Source of the DNA: Tenuifilum thalassicum
Lineage (GTDB): Bacteria; Bacteroidota; Bacteroidia; Bacteroidales; Tenuifilaceae
Assembly (NCBI RefSeq): GCF_013265555.1
Contig: NZ_CP041345.1
Location: 766,581 to 790,580 of the forward strand
Direction: 5' to 3'
DNA: 24,000 nt
This document shows positions 23,358-24,000 of the stretch, one piece after another (within the stretch, counting starts at the first letter, position 1; each line of letters starts with the position of its first letter). The notes below the pieces were generated by a model. It made no database searches, had not been told where the DNA came from, and saw only the letters and a program-made list of their open reading frames with translations. The translations under genes and the position numbers were made by a program.

Positions 23358-23432
23358 TATCTCCTCCTCCGTCAAATCATACAATTTATAAACAATCTCA
23401 TCTATTTCCCTTTCCCACTTGCTCGTAACTGC
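23358..23432 (-). pseudogene. Relic of the C-terminal tail of a restriction-modification-type enzyme
   Basis: The minus strand translates as AVTSKWEREIDEIVYKLYDLTEEEI with no upstream start (a TGA lies just 5'). The EIDxxVYxLYxLTxEEI tail is characteristic of C-termini of type I/IIG RM methyltransferase-type proteins. The fragment is embedded between REP-like elements. Confidence 0.25.
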
Positions 23433-23442
23433 CTGAGGTTTT

Positions 23443-23510
23443 ACCCCCTCACCCCGCCTTATCGGGCTCCCCTCTCCTTACAAAGGAGAGAGGATGGGGG
23501 TGAGGTCGTT
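23443..23510. repeat. REP-like GC-rich nested hairpin element (copy 2)
   Basis: CCTCACCCC...CCCCTCTCC-TTACAAA-GGAGAGAGG-AT-GGGGGTGAGGTCG. It shares the CCCCTCTCC...GGAGAG.GGA..GGGGTGAGGTCG core with 16165-16203, in the same orientation. Confidence 0.6.
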
Positions 23511-23793
23511 GTTAATCGTTTCTTTGCCAATATAGCATTTAAAAAAGATATTCCCTGCTGTTATATTTTACCGTTTTTGGTGCAATAATGCTTTCGCATT
23601 GGATTGATTAAAAATCATACGCGGTAGTTTTTTGAGGTGCCATTATTGGAATCATAGGAAAAACTCCAAAAAATGGTATGGCCGATGTCGAATAAAACCA
23701 GCTGCTTGTCGAAAATTTTTAGCCTACTGTCTAATAAGTTTTTTTAGAACCATAGGCTACAGCATCTTTGAGTTAAACATTACAGTAATCGTT

Positions 23794-24000
23794 ATGAAAT
23801 ACTTGATTATAGCATGCCTGGTCTTTTGGTCGTTATTGCTTCATGCACAGGTAAAACCGTACACTTTTGAGGAGTGTGTTGAGTATGCTTTAGAGAATGG
23901 AACGGATATTAAGCGTTCACAGAACAACCTTGAGCTCCAGGAGGCATATTTAAACCAGTCCAAAGCTTCACGTCTCCCAAATCTGCAGCTTGGAGTAAAC
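23794..24000 (+). CDS. TolC-family outer membrane protein, N-terminal 69 codons (continues beyond the window)
   Basis: My translation from ATG 23794 is MKYLIIACLVFWSLLLHAQVKPYTFEECVEYALENGTDIKRSQNNLELQEAYLNQSKASRLPNLQLGVN. It has a signal peptide and a typical TolC N-terminal motif, and is open to the window end. Confidence 0.75.
   Translation, partial: MKYLIIACLVFWSLLLHAQVKPYTFEECVEYALENGTDIKRSQNNLELQEAYLNQSKASRLPNLQLGVN

Overview
The window looks like Bacteroidota chromosome: TAnnTTTG-type -7 boxes, no Shine-Dalgarno spacing, and TetR/TolC/RND gene content. Core TetR-linked efflux operons sit at both ends (1-1636 minus strand; 16349-22890 and 23794-24000 plus strand). They flank an accessory island of about 14.5 kb (roughly 1640-16200).

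Island contents, left to right:
- An orphan two-repeat CRISPR-like transcription unit with its own promoter and terminator.
- A nested non-coding tandem repeat.
- A WYL-domain regulator.
- A divergent plus-strand cluster: three paralogous signal-peptide proteins, a small HNH protein, a coiled-coil protein and a DUF4407-like membrane protein.
- A very AT-rich minus-strand operon (7297-15456) of five translationally coupled genes.

The AT-rich operon encodes:
- a 725-aa retron-type reverse transcriptase with a roughly 350-aa unknown C-terminal extension;
- a small receiver-like gene apparently split by two +1 frameshifts;
- a 566-aa protein with pseudo-receiver, canonical receiver and a C-terminal helical domain carrying an RNxxxH (HEPN-like) motif;
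- a RecD/Dda-like SF1B helicase with a duplicated C-terminal module;
- a TPR protein ending in two cold-shock/S1-like OB folds.

Immediately upstream of the RT lies a roughly 254-nt structured region. It is closed by a 16-bp long-range inverted repeat (retron a1/a2-like) and contains a U12 tract. A 36-nt operator/promoter module precedes it, and that module recurs upstream of two of the paralog genes.

I regard this RT operon plus its ncRNA as the best candidate for an undescribed retron-like defence system. All family calls come from motif recognition by eye; no database search was run.
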